From Octopus sinensis (lineage: Eukaryota), in assembly GCF_006345805.1 (NCBI RefSeq), contig NC_043007.1, positions 33,356,001 to 33,420,000 on the forward strand: a DNA stretch of 64,000 bases. The letters run 5' to 3'. Of the stretch, positions 1 to 14,748 are shown one piece after another. The first letter of the stretch is position 1, and the number at the start of each line of letters is the position of its first letter. Position numbers and translations under genes: made by a program. The notes under the pieces are model-generated. The model did no database searches and was not told where the DNA came from. It worked only from the letters and a program-made list of their open reading frames with translations.

Positions 1-46
<46 letters not shown>

Positions 47-427
47 GCGCACGCATATATATATTTGATACAAATAAGAAAATGGAGAAACAAATTTAGT
101 TTGTTCATCAACTTTTAGATATTAGAATGTTGGATTATTTATTCATTTAACAAAATGAGAACCTCAGTATCATACATATATATCTTATAATTCAATACAT
201 ATAAGATAAGAATATATATACACGTGCACACACACACACACACACACACATATATAAAGTTTCAGTTTAGTGTTCCGAGTTAAAAGAATTTAGACTCAGT
301 CGATACTTTCTTATGAAATGCATTTCCTTGCTAATGCGTTCATTTTGGTTAGCATTGTCTTTGAATTTATATAATGGAAAAGTTGTGAATTTAGGAAATT
401 TGTTGGATGCACATTCATCTAGTTGTT

Positions 428-668
428 GGCTGACAGAAACGTTGGCTGGCAGAAACGTTAGCATGCCAGGCGAAACGACTAGCGGTATTTCGTGTGCCGC
501 TACGTTCTGAGTTCAAATTCCGCCGAGGTCGACTTTGCCTTTCATCCTTTCGGGGTCGATTAAATAAGTACCAATTATTCACTGGGGTCGATATAATCGA
601 CTTAATCCGTCTGTCTGTCCTTGTTTGTCCTCTCTGTGTTTAGCCCCTCGTGGGTAGTAAAGAAATAG
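428..668 (+). mobile_element. tRNA-derived SINE, family A
   Basis: Head GCTGGCAGAAACGTTAGC..GAGTTCAAATTCC (Pol III A/B-box-like); 3' end GTAAAGAAATAG; many copies in the window. Confidence 0.85.
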
Positions 669-1632
669 ATATTTTCCTGTATCCCGGAATTCTAATTTGA
701 GATTTGTGCACCGCCATCCTCTGACGTAGGCTGTTTTTTGTTTGTCCAACATATTGCTGTTTGCATCCCAAGCATGTAATTAAGTAAATCAAGTTCTCAT
801 TTACAACCATCACATGGTGTCAGGATAAAGGTACACACACACATGCGTGCCCATCCAGCTAGGGGGGTACACATACGCCACAGAAACCGGGAAACTGGGC
901 CCATGAGCCTGGCTAGGCTTGAAAAGTGCACATAAATAAATAAAATGCTTATATGTACACATGTATTCTTTTGTGTGTGTATGTATATGCATGCACATGT
1001 GTATGCATAAGCATAAAATATCTGTTTATTTTGCATTTATTTCTTCCACTGTAATTTTTTTATGTCATATCTAACAAATAATTAAAATTAATTTTAATTA
1101 ATTCTTGTTCTCTAAGAATAATGACAAAAAAATTAAATGCTGTTAGATTCACATAGTAAACATTTTCCAACACTGATATTTAATTTCTCATTATAAACAA
1201 AAAATATATTTAGAATCTAGAATAAAAAAGAATTTTCAGTAATTTGCATGGATTTTCAAAATTTCAAGTTGAACATTGATAGAATATTATTCCTGCATCA
1301 GGGATGTTGTTTCTGTTATTTCTGCATGCAAAGACATATAAGCCTATATCCAGAAAAAGACCACCGGACTGTTTCTGATTACCATGGAATCACACACCAA
1401 CACATTCCAAGTCAAACAACAGCATCTTTGTGAGGGTGTTCACTGTGCTAAAAATAGCAGCCAAATCTTTCTTGATTTAATCCCTACTGTCTTACAAAAG
1501 TGGATGCATTGCATAATGTTGCCCAGTCTTTTGTGAACATAAGAAAAAGATAATTAGATCATGGTTGGAAAGAAAGCCTTTGCTCATAGGTCTTCTCAGA
1601 CAAGGCTGACCTAGAGTTAAGCAACTACAGTA

Positions 1633-1890
1633 GGGGCACGTGGCTTAGTGTTGGTTAGGCTGTTGGACTCATGATCATAAGATTGTGGTTTCAATTCCTG
1701 GACAGGGTGACGCATTGTGTTCTTGAGCAAAACACTTCATTTCACATTGCTCCAGGCCACTCAGCTGGCAAAAATGGGTAATCCTTAATCCTATGACAGA
1801 CCAGTGTCCTCTCCAGGTGGGGAATATATACACCATGCAAACTGGGAAACCGACCCTTATGAGTTGGTATAACTTGAGAAGGTAACCTCA
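1633..1890 (+). mobile_element. tRNA-derived SINE family D (CORE-like centre, tail X)
   Basis: A box TGGCTTAGTG, B box GTTTCAATTCC, centre TTCTTGAGCAAAACACTT..CTCAGCTG, tail CCAGGTGGGGAAT..CCCTTATGAG. Confidence 0.75.
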
Positions 1891-1978
1891 CCTAGAAGAT
1901 AACTAAGCAACTACAACAACTGCCTTTTCTAACACTACCATAGTCGCCAATACAGTGAGGAAAAGAAAGATATTGTAA

Positions 1979-2210
1979 GGTAGCAAGCTGGCAGAAACAT
2001 TAGCATGCCAGGCGAAATGCTTAGTGGTGTTTCTTCTGCCATTACGTTCTGAGTTCAAATTCCGCCGAGATCGACTTTGCCTTTCATCCTTTCGGAGTCG
2101 ATAAATTAAGTACCAGTTATGCACTGGGATTGATCTAATCGACTTAATCCCTTTGTTTGTCCTTGTTTGTCCCCTCTATGTTTATCCCCTGTGGGCAATA
2201 AAGAAATAAG
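1979..2210 (+). mobile_element. SINE family A
   Basis: Full-length match to 428-668. Confidence 0.85.
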
Positions 2211-2300
2211 AAGGATATTGTATGGGAGAAAGAGAGAAATTGTGGGAGGGAGAGAGAGAGAGAAAAAAAATTGTAATAATAATAGTAACAACACTAGCAA

Positions 2301-2355
<55 letters not shown>

Positions 2356-2361
2356 GCAACC

Positions 2362-2580
2362 CCCATTTGAGCGTGGCCATTGCCAGTACCACCTAACTGG
2401 CCCTCATGCCGGTGGCATGTAAAAGCACCCACTACACTCTTAGAGTGCTTGGTATTCGGAAGGGCATCCAGCTGTAGAAACTCTGCCAGATCAGAGTGGA
2501 GTCTGCTGCAGCCATCTGGTTCGCCAGACCTCAGTCAAATCGTCCAACCCATGCTAGCATGGAAAGCGGATGTTAAACGG

Positions 2581-2610
<30 letters not shown>
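2362..2610 (+). mobile_element. Family C retroposon (no recognisable tRNA head; RTE-like 3' end with (GAT)n tail)
   Basis: GGAAGGGCATCCAGCTGTAGAAAC..CCATGCTAGCATGG..GTTAAAC(GAT)n; more than 15 copies in the window. Confidence 0.75.
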
Positions 2611-2611
<1 letters not shown>

Positions 2612-3489
2612 TAGCAACAACAACAACAACAACAACAACAATAATCATGATAAAGTCTGCAAAAAGGTTGCTTATTGAGAACAGCTAAGACACTATGAAG
2701 GACACTCAATTAGACTGACTTGAATTTTTTTTTAAATGTAAAAGGCAAGGAGGAGGATGCTTGAAATTTTAAGCTACTAGCTGCAGCTCACTATCAAAGC
2801 AGAAAAGTGGCCAAGTTAAAAGAACTATCATGAGGTAAAAAAAAAATCATTAATAAAAATGTGCTTGTTGCATATTGTATTCAAGTGCACTACAACTCGA
2901 TGGAAAAGAGTAAAAAGGAGAAAACAGCAAAAATCCAGGAAAAGAAAGACAGAGATAAAATCCAAAGGCCAAGCACAGTACATAGAATAAAACACAGAGG
3001 AAAAGGCAAAAAATTGAATTATAGAAAAAGCTATAGTGAGAGCAAAGGTATATTAGGCGTAGTACTGGTGAATTTCAGGAAGCATGGAGTTTTTGAAGGA
3101 TGCCATGTCCTGACAGCTAACAACTGCTGTGGGTAGTTTATTCCATGTTTCAGCGAGTCTGAGTGTGAAAAAAAATGTTTCTGAAAATCATGGAAGCTAT
3201 ATTATTTCTTTTTTGTTTCCGAAAGTCATGGAAGTTATGTCATTTTTTTTTTATTTGAGTGTGAAAAAAAAATGTTCCCAAATGTGATAGATACAATGCT
3301 GAATTTTTTTTTTTTTGATGTGTGAAAAAGAGAAAAAAGGTTATAAAAGAGGAAAAGTGAAAGTGATAAATATTAAGAGAGCTATATATATAGAGAGAGA
3401 GAGAGTGAAAAAGAAAGATAGTGAAAAGATGTAAAAACAGATAGCGTGATGAGACAGAGACTACAGTTTTATCTGTCAACTTACATCAG

Positions 3490-3610
3490 GTTTATATTAA
3501 CAGCAACAACAAATCTTGGTGTTAATGATCTAGCAAGGTATGATGAAATGAAACCACAAAATCTTACTAAGCATATTCAAAGCTGTCTTCACAGCTTCAT
3601 AGATTCCTGG
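3490..3610 (+). CDS. Candidate internal coding exon of an unidentified host gene (121 bp)
   Basis: Acceptor ttacatcag|G and donor TGG|gtaaat. Open frame FILTATTNLGVNDLARYDEMKPQNLTKHIQSCLHSFIDSW in non-repetitive DNA; I do not recognise the protein. Confidence 0.45.
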
Positions 3611-3791
3611 GTAAATCAATGCACCAGGCCCTAATAGTATTAAGTCATTGGCAACAAGCCACCTACATGCTTAGATTAGAATTGGGCCCCCTAAACCCAT
3701 GTGGACCCTGGTCAATTGCCCAGTGTGTTCAATGCTTCAAACAGCACTGGGCATATCCTAACACAAATCACCAGTTTTAAAGATATTTTAA

Positions 3792-4190
3792 GGCGGTGAG
3801 CTGGCAGAATCTTTAACATGCCGGGTGAAATGCTTAGCGGTATTTCTTCTGCCATTACGGCGAACTAGCAGAATCGTTAGCACGTCGGGCAAAATGCTTA
3901 GCGGTATTTCGGCTGCTGTTACGTTGTGAGTTCAAATTCCGCCGAGGTCGACTTTGCCTTTCATCCTTTCGGGGTCGATAAATTAAGTACCAGTTACGCA
4001 CTGGGGTTGATGTAATTGACTTAATACCTATGTCTGTCCTTGTTTGTCCCCTCTGTGTTTAGCCCCTTGTGGGTAATAAAGAAATAGGTATTTCTTCTGT
4101 CATTACGTTCTGAGTTCAAATTCCAACGAGGTCGACTTTGCCTTTCATCCTCTCAGGGTTGATAAATTAAGTACCAGTTACGCACTGATC
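3792..4190 (+). mobile_element. SINE family A nested in another family A copy
   Basis: Inner copy about 3860-4087, flanked by GGTATTTCTTCTG(C/T)CATTACG at 3839-3859 and 4087-4107. Confidence 0.85.
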
Positions 4191-4545
4191 TAACATTGAT
4201 CACCACATCTATATCCTAACACAAACCACCAGTTCTATATCCTTACATTAGACTACAATATGATCACATTAACCACATGTTCTATATGTTCATATCAATT
4301 ACATATTCTGAAGGCAACAGGAAAGATTCTTTGTGGTGGGTCATCTAATTAGAGATAGCAGCCAAATCAAAGGAAAAATAGTGAGAAAGGGAGAACATAT
4401 TGGATAGTCTAATTTTAGACAGGCCTTAAAAGACAGGATGTTGATAGCCAAAATGCCTTTGAGCAGAACTTTTTTCAATAGAAGTGGAGCTAAACAACAG
4501 CAATAATCCCAATGATGGCAGTAACCACCATTTCCATATTCTAAC

Positions 4546-4795
4546 AGACATGTGGTTTAGTGGTTAGAATGCTGGACTCATGATTGTAAGATTGTGGTTT
4601 CGATTCCTGGATTGGGCAGTGCATTTGGTTCTTGAGCAAAACACTTCATTTCATGTTGCTCCAGTCCACTCAGCTGGCTAAAATGAGTAATCCTGCTGCA
4701 ACAGACTCGTCTCCAGGCCAGATGTGGACTATATATTCTATGAAACCAGGAAACTGGCCATTATGAGTCAGTAGGACTTGAGAACGTAACTTTAC
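4546..4795 (+). mobile_element. SINE family D (tail X)
   Basis: Colinear with 1633-1890. Confidence 0.7.
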
Positions 4796-4818
4796 TAACT
4801 CTACTTTACTCTCTCTCT

Positions 4819-5323
4819 CTTTACTCTTTTACTTGTTTCAGTCATTTGACTGTGGCCATGCTGGAGCACCGCCTTTAGTCGAGCAAAATCAACCCTAGGA
4901 CTTATTCTTTGTAAGCCTAATACTTATTCTATCAATCTCTTTTTGCTGAACCGCTAAGTTACGGGGACCTAAACACACCAGCATCGGTTGTCAAGCAATC
5001 TTGTGGGGACAAACACAGACACACAAACGTATACACAGACACATACACACATATATACATATATACGATGGGCTTCTTTCAGTTTCCGTCAACCAAATTC
5101 ACTCACAAGGCTTTGGTCGGCCCGAGGCTATAGTAGAAGCCACTTGCCCAAGGTGCCACGCAGAGGGACTGAACCCAGAACCATATTGTTGGGAAGCAAG
5201 CTACTTTATTTCATAAATATTTGCCATGAAGGCATTACAAAGAGGGGATGAACAAGAACAGACAAACATAAAAGGGTGAAGTAGCTGTAGCAAGCTACTT
5301 ACCACACAGCCACTGCTGCGCCT
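4819..5323 (-). mobile_element. SINE family B, interrupted by a short insertion flanked by a 12-bp direct repeat
   Basis: Family B consensus; AGCAAGCTACTT at about 5194-5205 and 5289-5300 flanks a decayed family A-like fragment. Confidence 0.8.
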
Positions 5324-5752
5324 GTTTTAGCCGAGAATTTACTTTCACAATTGTGGAAGGAATGAAAGCAAAGTTGACCAGGGTTGAATTTGAGTGCAGA
5401 ACATAAAAGCAGAGACATGGCTATGTGGTTAAGAAATTTGCTCTGCAACCATGGGTACCTTTGTTGTAATAGTAATTATGGTAATGTTGATAATACCATG
5501 CTGGATGTTGTTGTTTAGCTCAAGGTCAGCAGACCTATAATTAAGGGTACTCTAACTGTGACCATTCAGGAACATATAATCCATTCATCCTTTTCTAAGA
5601 CAGTGGAGGACTGATTTGAAGGTAATTTTACTATTATTTCTAGTAAATTTGCTGACCATATAAAGACTCATATTAACTTGTTAGTAATGAGTAGTGGTGA
5701 TTGGTTGTACAAGTGATGTCAGTGATGATGATAATGATGATGGTGGTGATGC

Positions 5753-5804
<52 letters not shown>

Positions 5805-6264
5805 AGTGGTGATGATGGCGATGCTGAGAAGGATGAGGAATGGTTTATTTCTACTTACCGAATGCTGTTTGAGATTCCATTTGCTACGTTAAAAGTATCC
5901 AAGAATATTAAAAATGATTGAATTCCTCCGATAGGTACCATTTTTATTCCAAAAAGATTCCCTGCAAAATAATAGAAACATACATAAATAACAGAAATAA
6001 CACACAGGTCTCTTTCTCTCTCACTCTCTATACATATATATATGTAGGTAGATAGATAGATAGATAGATAGAAAGATAGATAGATAGATATTGGAGTTTG
6101 TATGATTGTGTATAGAAGAATATATTAATCAAGGAAATTCCAAATTAGTCTGATTTTCATGTTTTATTTACAATTTTTGCAATTTTACAATATTGAAATA
6201 AACTAGTACTTTGATGCATTATGTGATCATCGGGTTTATATATATATATATAAATCTGCTTTTA

Positions 6265-6768
<504 letters not shown>

Positions 6769-7679
6769 TCCAGGGGATATCTCAATTAATGGAAGGCAAA
6801 ACAATGACATATGTAATCACTTTCATTAGCTTAAATCTGTTTCTGCTATAGGAAGCTTGCATTCAGAGCTGAGTGCTTACAAAACATATTATGGCTTCTT
6901 CAGTGCCATGAACACTCAGCTCTCAGTAGTAGAAACAGCTGTAAGCTATCCACTCACAAGGCTTTGGTTGGCCTGAGGCTATAGGTAAAAGACATTTGCC
7001 TAAGGTGCCACACTGTGGGACTGTACCCAGACCCATGCAGCTAGGAAGCAAACTGCTTACCATACAGCCACACTTTAACACACACGTGTGTGTGCGTGTG
7101 CATTTACACTTAGACAAAACAAATTACGATTTATGTGAATCTAGAGAAGCTGACATCAAAGAGGATTAATAACAGTAACATATTGTTCTGTTCCTTATAT
7201 ACCATTGCATAACATCAAACAGGTGTTCTCTATTCAATATCTAGTTCAACCATTAATGAGTTTAATTTAATTTAATTAAAATTTGATATTAATAATTAAT
7301 ACTTATATTTTAATATGTGTTTTCTTGAACTGATGAACATCTAACAGTTTCGTAAGAAAGTAGAGAGTTGGTGAAAACATGTGTGTGTGTGTCTGTGTGT
7401 GTGTGGTGTGTGTGTGTGTGTGTGTGTTTAGTTAATTTTTCATAACAAAGAGAAAAATTTGCACTTTATTAATGAATTTGAAGAAAGCAAAACATGAAAC
7501 ATATGGCCTTTGAATGAAAGCAAATACTGTGATTCCTTCCATAATGTTTTAATGCTCTTACAATTAATTACATTGCACATGTACACAAACACACACACAC
7601 ACTTACACTCACACACACATACATTAATATATGTATGAAAATATGATTTTATATAATGTATGTATCTATGTATGCATGA

Positions 7680-7835
7680 ATGTATGTGTGCATCCGTATA
7701 TATGTGTGTGTGTATGTGTATATATATATATATAATGTATATACATATATGTTAATGTATATTTATGAATATACGTGCGTGTTTATGTATATACAGGTAT
7801 ATACATGTATGTATGTAAGTATGAATGTATGTATA

Positions 7836-7899
<64 letters not shown>

Positions 7900-7906
7900 T
7901 ATAGAC

Positions 7907-7966
<60 letters not shown>

Positions 7967-8058
7967 GGATAGATGGATGGATGGATGGATGGATGGATGG
8001 ATGGATGGATGGATGGATGGATAGGTAGATAGATAGATAGATAGATAGATAGGATAGG

Positions 8059-8098
<40 letters not shown>

Positions 8099-8150
8099 CA
8101 GATAGATAGATAGATAATAGAGATACATACAAACATACATACATACACAC
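7680..8150. repeat. Compound microsatellite (TA)/(GATA)/(GGAT)
   Basis: Direct reading. Confidence 0.95.
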
Positions 8151-9086
8151 ATCCATGAATACATCTAGGATTGTTGTTCAACAGGTTTGCAAATGCTTTA
8201 ACAATGAAAAGCAAACTAAATATATAACCATGTACACATATGAACACACATATTCACATCTGTGTGTGTTTTTGCCTGTGCATGAATATATATGTGTGTA
8301 TATATTTTTACATATACACCTTCATTTTAATATTTGCTAGATGGGTGAATCATCCATTTCAGGCTCTGCATCAAACCCTCATCAACAGCAAATGTTGTTA
8401 TTACACACATTTCAATAAAGATTATTGAAATTAGCTGACAAAACCACCATGAATCAATAGATACGAACACTTTGATCCATTCATAACAGAAGTAAGTGTA
8501 GCTGTTGGATTCTTTTCAAATAATATATAATGGGAGATGTTGGTAACATGTTTTCATGTAATTTAAGTGGCACTTTAAATTTAAATTAAACTTAGAGCTT
8601 TGAATGGAGAGTGAATGATAGTTATGAAAAAGAAAAGAAAATAGTGCTGCAGCTGGGGATGGTTGGGAAGTTTGTTTCTCGACCATATGCTTTTGGGCTC
8701 AGTTTTACTGTGTGATATCTCAGGCAAGTTTCTTCTACTGTCATTGCAGCATGACCAAAGCCTTGTGGATTTGGTTGACAGAAAATGGAAGAAGCTCATT
8801 GTATGTTTGTGTGTGTGTGTGTGTGTGTGTATAGGTGCAGGTGTGGCTGTGTGTAGTAAGAAGCTTGTTTCCTAATCACATGGTTCCGAGTTCCGTCCCA
8901 CTGCGTGGAAGGGCAAGTGTTTTCTACTATGGCCTCGGTAGACAGAAACTGAAAGAAGTCTGTCATAAATATATACATATATATATATATATGTGTGTGT
9001 CTTTGTGTCTGTGTTACCCCCCCCCCCCATCACTGTTTGACAACTTCTGTTGGTGTATTTACATCTCTGTAATTTAATGGTTTGTG

Positions 9087-9185
9087 GAAGCGCAATGGCC
9101 CAGTGGTTAGGGCAGCGGACTCACGGTCGGCGGATCACGGTTTCGATTCCCAGACCGGACGTTGTGTGTGTTTATTGAGTGAAAA
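9087..9185 (+). mobile_element. Isolated tRNA-like SINE head
   Basis: TGGCCCAGTGGTTAGG..GTTTCGATTCCC; matches the head of 50939-51241. Confidence 0.6.
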
Positions 9186-9333
9186 TATATATATATATAT
9201 ATGAACAGTATCCATGGGTCTTAAATTGTATCAACTGCTGATGGTGGTGCAGCATCTGCTCTGACTGTACAGGCTCATATTGAAGTGGTAGTCTTGCCTG
9301 TACTGACTATATATATATATATATATATATATA

Positions 9334-9568
9334 TCATCATCATCATCATCGTTTAGTGTCCGCTTTCCATGCTAGCATGGGTTGGACGGTTCAACTGGGG
9401 TCTGGGAAGCCAGAAGGCTGCACCAGGCCCAGTCTGATCTGGCAATGTTTCTACGGCTGGATACCCTTCCTAACGCCAATCACTCCGTAAGTGTAGTCGG
9501 TGCTTTTTATGTGCCACCAGCACAGGTGCCAGACGAGTCTGGCAAACGGCCATGATCGGATGGTGCTT

Positions 9569-9570
<2 letters not shown>
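9334..9570 (-). mobile_element. Family C retroposon
   Basis: (ATC)n-CGTTTAG..CCATGCTAGCATGG on the plus strand. Confidence 0.75.
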
Positions 9571-9610
<40 letters not shown>

Positions 9611-9616
<6 letters not shown>

Positions 9617-9840
9617 AAAAAAGGGTAAAATTAATTAATTAATTAATAATTAATAATTTTACCAAGTAGTTCAGTATGTTAAAAGAACCATTATCGGTAA
9701 ACTTATACAAAAATTATTATAATTATGAGCATAATTATATTTAGGGTTCAGCAAAAATTTGCTACACCACATACAGAAATTTAGAAATAGTTAAAACTGC
9801 TATTTTTTCACTACCATAAAATCTGGGAGATTTTCATATG
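9611..9840. mobile_element. (TA)n-anchored AT-rich remnant with short hairpins
   Basis: GGTAAAATTA..TAATTTTACC and ACTACCATA-AAATCT GGG AGATTTT-CA-TATGGTAGT hairpins; begins at a (TA)n tract. Confidence 0.35.
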
Positions 9841-10230
9841 GTAGTAGCTTGCTTACCAACCACATGGTTCCGGGTTCAGTCCCACTGCGTGGCATCTTGG
9901 GCAAGTGTCTTCTACTATAGCCTCGAGCCAACCGAAGCCTTGTGAATGGATTTGGTAGACATAAACTGAAAGAAGCCTGTTGTATATATGTATATATATA
10001 TGTGTGTGTGTCTGTGTGTGTCTGTGTTTGTCCCCCAACATTGCTTGACAACTGATGCTGGTGTGTTTACATCCCCATAACTTTGTGGTTCGGCAAAAGA
10101 GCCCGATAGAATAAGTACTAGGCTTACAAAAAATAAGTCCTGGGGTCGATTTGCTCGACTAAAGGCGGTGCTCCAGCATGGCCACACTCAAATGAATGAA
10201 ACAAGTAAAAGACTAAAGAGTAAAAGAGAG
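9840..10230 (+). mobile_element. SINE family B
   Basis: GGTAGTAGCTTGCTTACC..GGTTCAGTCCC head, internal (TA)/(TG) microsatellite and GAGTAAAAGAG tail. Confidence 0.85.
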
Positions 10231-11397
10231 GTGCAGGCATGGCTGTGTGGTAAGAAGCTTTCTTCCCAGCTACATGGTTCTGTGTTCAGTCTCACTGCAT
10301 GGCACCTTTGGCAACTGTTTTCTGCTATAGCCTTGTGAGTGGATTTGGAAGACAGAAACTGCAAGAAGCCTTAGCAGTTCAACAAAAGAGACCAATAAAA
10401 CAGGCTTAAAACAAAAACAAGTATTGGGTTTGATTCATTTGACTAAAAAACCTTCAAGGCAGTGCCCCAGCTTATCCAGTCTAATGACTGAAACAAGTAA
10501 AAAGTTTAAAGAAAAAAGTACCTATGTGTTATTCTATTTTCAAAAATAATGATATTTGAATTCTTCATATATGTCTGTACTGAATTCCTGGTATATACCT
10601 ATAGAATGATCATGGCTATAAATATAGAGCAATTAGGGAAAATCATATTAATTAAGACTTTGAAAATAGTTAAAAGTAGACACTGAAAATTGTTTTTTAT
10701 TGGTTGAAGATAAGAAAAATTTTTGATGTGAAAGCAACTTTTTTAAACAGTAAAATACATCGCCAAAAAGAATATGCATCTAAACTAAAACGAGATATCA
10801 TTTTTAGATTTAATACATAAAATCCTATGATATACATATATAAAACTGTTTTAATTATACTAATGAAGAATGATTACAGCAAAATTCTAAGGCAAAGAAA
10901 CATAACTCGAAGCCACTGTCATGAGATTCAAAACTAGCACTAATAAACTGGATATAATTTATAATACTAATTAATTGTTGCCAAAATCTAATTTTCAGAA
11001 AATCGTTCATGAAATTACATATCTGTATATATTAAAATAAAATAAATTGGAAAAATCATTAGTTAGATATTTAATGTCTGGAGAAATATTGGAAAAACTT
11101 TTTCATGATTTTTATATCTTATACAGCCAGCTATTTGTGAAAAGATTTATAAATTGGCATTAAGATATTTCATGTTTTGAGACATAATTCATAAGGCTAT
11201 ATAGCTATGTAATTAATATGAAAATAAGCAAATATTATTTTATTAAAGCCTACCCTTCCCAAAAAAGAGAGAAAAAAAGAGAATAGCCATAAATTCAAGG
11301 GTAAATAATGGAACACAAAAACACTGACATAAATTTCAGAATTGGCATCAAGTAAATTTGGTTCCTAATGTATAAATATACATTATTAGAATATTAT

Positions 11398-11803
11398 ACT
11401 CTTTTACTCTTTTACTTGTTTCAGTCATTTGACTGCGGCCATGCTGGTGCACCGCCTTTAATCAAGCAACTCGACCCCGGGACTTATTCTTTGTAAGCCC
11501 AGTACTTATTCAACCGGTCTCTTTTGCCGAACTGCTAAGTGACGGGGACATAAACACACCAGCATTGGTTGTCAAGCAATGCTAGAGGGACAAACACAGA
11601 CACACAAACATACACGCACATACATATACATACATATATACGACGGGCTTCTTTTAGTTTCCGTCTACCAAATCCACTCACAAGGCTTTGGTCGGTCCGA
11701 GGCTATAGTAGAAGACACTTACCCAAGGTGCCATGCTGTGGGACTGAACCCGGAACCATGTGGTTGGTAAACAAGCTACTTACCACACAGCCACTCCTGC
11801 ACC
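11398..11803 (-). mobile_element. SINE family B
   Basis: Full-length reverse copy. Confidence 0.85.
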
Positions 11804-11865
11804 ATACATACATATATACATACATACATACATACATTCATACATACATACATATACACATACAT

Positions 11866-11901
<36 letters not shown>

Positions 11902-11943
11902 TCATATATATAATATATAATATATCATCATCATCATCATCGT

Positions 11944-12005
<62 letters not shown>

Positions 12006-12559
12006 CATACATACAGAGAGAAGAGAGAGGGGGGTGAGAGAGAAAAGTGAAGAGGTAGTTGGGTTGCTAGTTAGCTCTTATCAAGGAAGAATAAACCGCA
12101 ATAGATCAAAACCAGTAGAGTTAATATTTATTTATTTATCTATTTATCAAATTCAGATATACATTTAATGTGTGTATATGTGTATATATACATATATATA
12201 TATATATAACACAAAAATCATATACGTAAAGAGTACAACCGCACAATCCCCTTCACTATTCCACCATACTCTCACTCTCAGACATAACGATATACACAAA
12301 TAAGATTTACAATCTGTATATTCTATAAAAAGATCAAGGTTGTTCTTTAAGGATCTTTCCAACCCCATGTCCACAATTCTTTTTGTTTTTTTTCATTTTA
12401 TATTCGAACGAAATGGGTTATTATTATTTTGGTGTTTATCGATTTTTCTTGTTGTTGTTTTCTTGTATTGTTTGCTTGTCTTTTATGTCATAAATTTGTT
12501 GTGTTATTTTCTACTTATTTTTTTTTCTCCTGTCACCTCATATCTTTATATATCAGATA

Positions 12560-13186
12560 TATGTGTGTGTATGTATGTGTGTATGTGTGTGTGTGTGTGT
12601 GGTATATGTGTATGTATATGTGTTTTATTTAGTGCTTGAATTTCATTCAGATGGCACCCCATATTTTTTATATCATATATACTTACCAACACACATACAC
12701 ACACTCACAAGATATATATGTGTGTGTGTGTGTGTGTATGTGTGTGTGTGTGTCAGTGTGTATATATATATATATCCCAAGATATATATATGTGTGTGTG
12801 CGTGTTTGTGCGGAAAGACTAACAAGAGTAATAGTAGGTTGGTTTGTTTTTGTGAAACACAAACTTTGCAAAGTTACAGAGTTTCATGTGGAGAAACCAA
12901 TTGGGTATCAAATTTATATATATATATATGCATACACGTGCATACATTTCATACATACAGACATACATACATACATGTGTGTGTACATATGTATTTACAT
13001 ATATATATGTATGTATGTATGTATCTATGTGTATGTATATACATATGTGTTTGTATATGTGTATATGTATGTATATATCATCATCATCATCATGATCGTC
13101 GTTTAACGTCTGCTTTCATGCTGGCATGGGTTGGACAATTTTACTGAGGGCTGGCAAACCAGAAAGCTGCACCAGGCCCCAATCTA

Positions 13187-13229
<43 letters not shown>

Positions 13230-13271
13230 CACACACACATATATGTATATATATACATACACACACACACA

Positions 13272-13318
<47 letters not shown>

Positions 13319-13400
13319 TATATAAATATATATATATGTGTGTGTATGTATGTATGTATGTGTATGTATATATAAATACATATGTATGTGTGTGTATCAA
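12560..13400. repeat. Compound (TG)/(TA)/(TACA) low-complexity tract
   Basis: Direct reading. Confidence 0.9.
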
Positions 13401-13778
13401 TTAACAAATGGCAGGACAGAAGTTATCACTTTCATTAGCTTACAACTGTTTCTGCTTTAAGAAGCCTGCACTTATAGTTGAGTGCAACATCTTATAGTTT
13501 CTTCAGAGCCAATTTAATAAGATGGAAAAATAAAAAATCATTCAGAACCTCTTATTAGTAATTTATATACTTATAGGCCTTGATAATCAAAGGATTCAAA
13601 ATATTTAAGATTTGGTAAGATTTGAATATTTTTAAATTAATGAAATCAGATAAGTTCATGTATCAGTGAATTTCTCTTTGATCTCCATTTTGTATTCTGA
13701 ATTTAAGCTCAGACGTTTAAAGGGTCAAAATAATAATTTCTTACAGAGGCATAAAACTGTAGGTGTGCAGAAAAACAT

Positions 13779-14163
13779 AACTAGCCAGAGCACTCAGAGA
13801 GCACAAACTTCTGCCAAGGCAACACTAACATCCTCTCAATGATTAGCCAGAGATGATTTTCAAAATGATAATATCTTAAATAAATTTGACTGCTCTCACA
13901 AACAAGAATACCAAAAGTGAACTTGACTGCTCTCAAAAATTAAGTAAAAAAAAAAAAAACAGAAAATAATCCAGAATCCTTGTCCGATACCAGATCAACC
14001 CCAAAATCTAATCAGTTCATGCCATTCACAAGGCTAAACATCTCTGAAAGTTTCATCTGAATCCATCCAGCAGTTCTTGAGATATCTTCTCCACAGACAA
14101 ATAAACAAAAAAACAGATGCAACTGAAAACAATACCTCCGCCTTCACTAAGGAGGAGATAATT
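13779..14163. mobile_element. Putative non-autonomous Helentron-associated (HINE/DINE-1-like) element
   Basis: A motif near the 5' end (ACTTCTGCCAAGG) echoes the 3' ACCTCCGCCTT. There is an internal TTGACTGCTCTCA repeat, an ACAGACAAA-type microsatellite and a 3' hairpin CTCC-GCCTT-CACT-AAGG-AGGAG. Family assignment is from memory of similar elements. Confidence 0.4.
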
Positions 14164-14706
14164 ACATCAGTTACTCTGATAGTGTGTTAGCACGCACAAC
14201 ATGTTACCAATGGTTTTAAGGCTCCATGTTAAACTTTTTATATGCTACACATTGTGAATTCGAAAATGATATTGGAGGATAGACTAAAGTGCAGAATCCA
14301 AGCCACAGCTTATTACTTGCATGTACATATACCCTGATTCCTCTTTAGCAACATTTCTCTCCTTTCCCCTTTTCCTCTCTCTTTGCCAACTGGAGTAGCC
14401 ATGTATCTCCTCAACTGCAAGGCACCTGTCTCTGTGTCTCTCTCTCATACCAGGCACAAAGCTACTTCTCTGAGTACTGTTCCCAGCTTCAGTTGAAGTG
14501 AGTTACTTGGTGACCTCATTGATGCTGGTGCCATGTAAAAATCACCCAGTACACTTTGTAATTTGGTTTGCATCAGAAAGAGTATCTAGGCTTAGTAACC
14601 ACGGCAAAGCAGGTCATAAAACTTGGCATTGTCCCCTAGCTGAACGGCTGCTGCAACTGGCCAAGCAATACCAGCATGGAAAGCACTTTAAATGATGATG
14701 ATGATG

Positions 14707-14748
<42 letters not shown>

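Noticed and set aside
9087-9165. tRNA gene (also at 49040-49112 and 63930-64000)
   Set aside because: A and B boxes are present, but I could not fold a clean cloverleaf and the sequence continues into SINE body; these are SINE heads.
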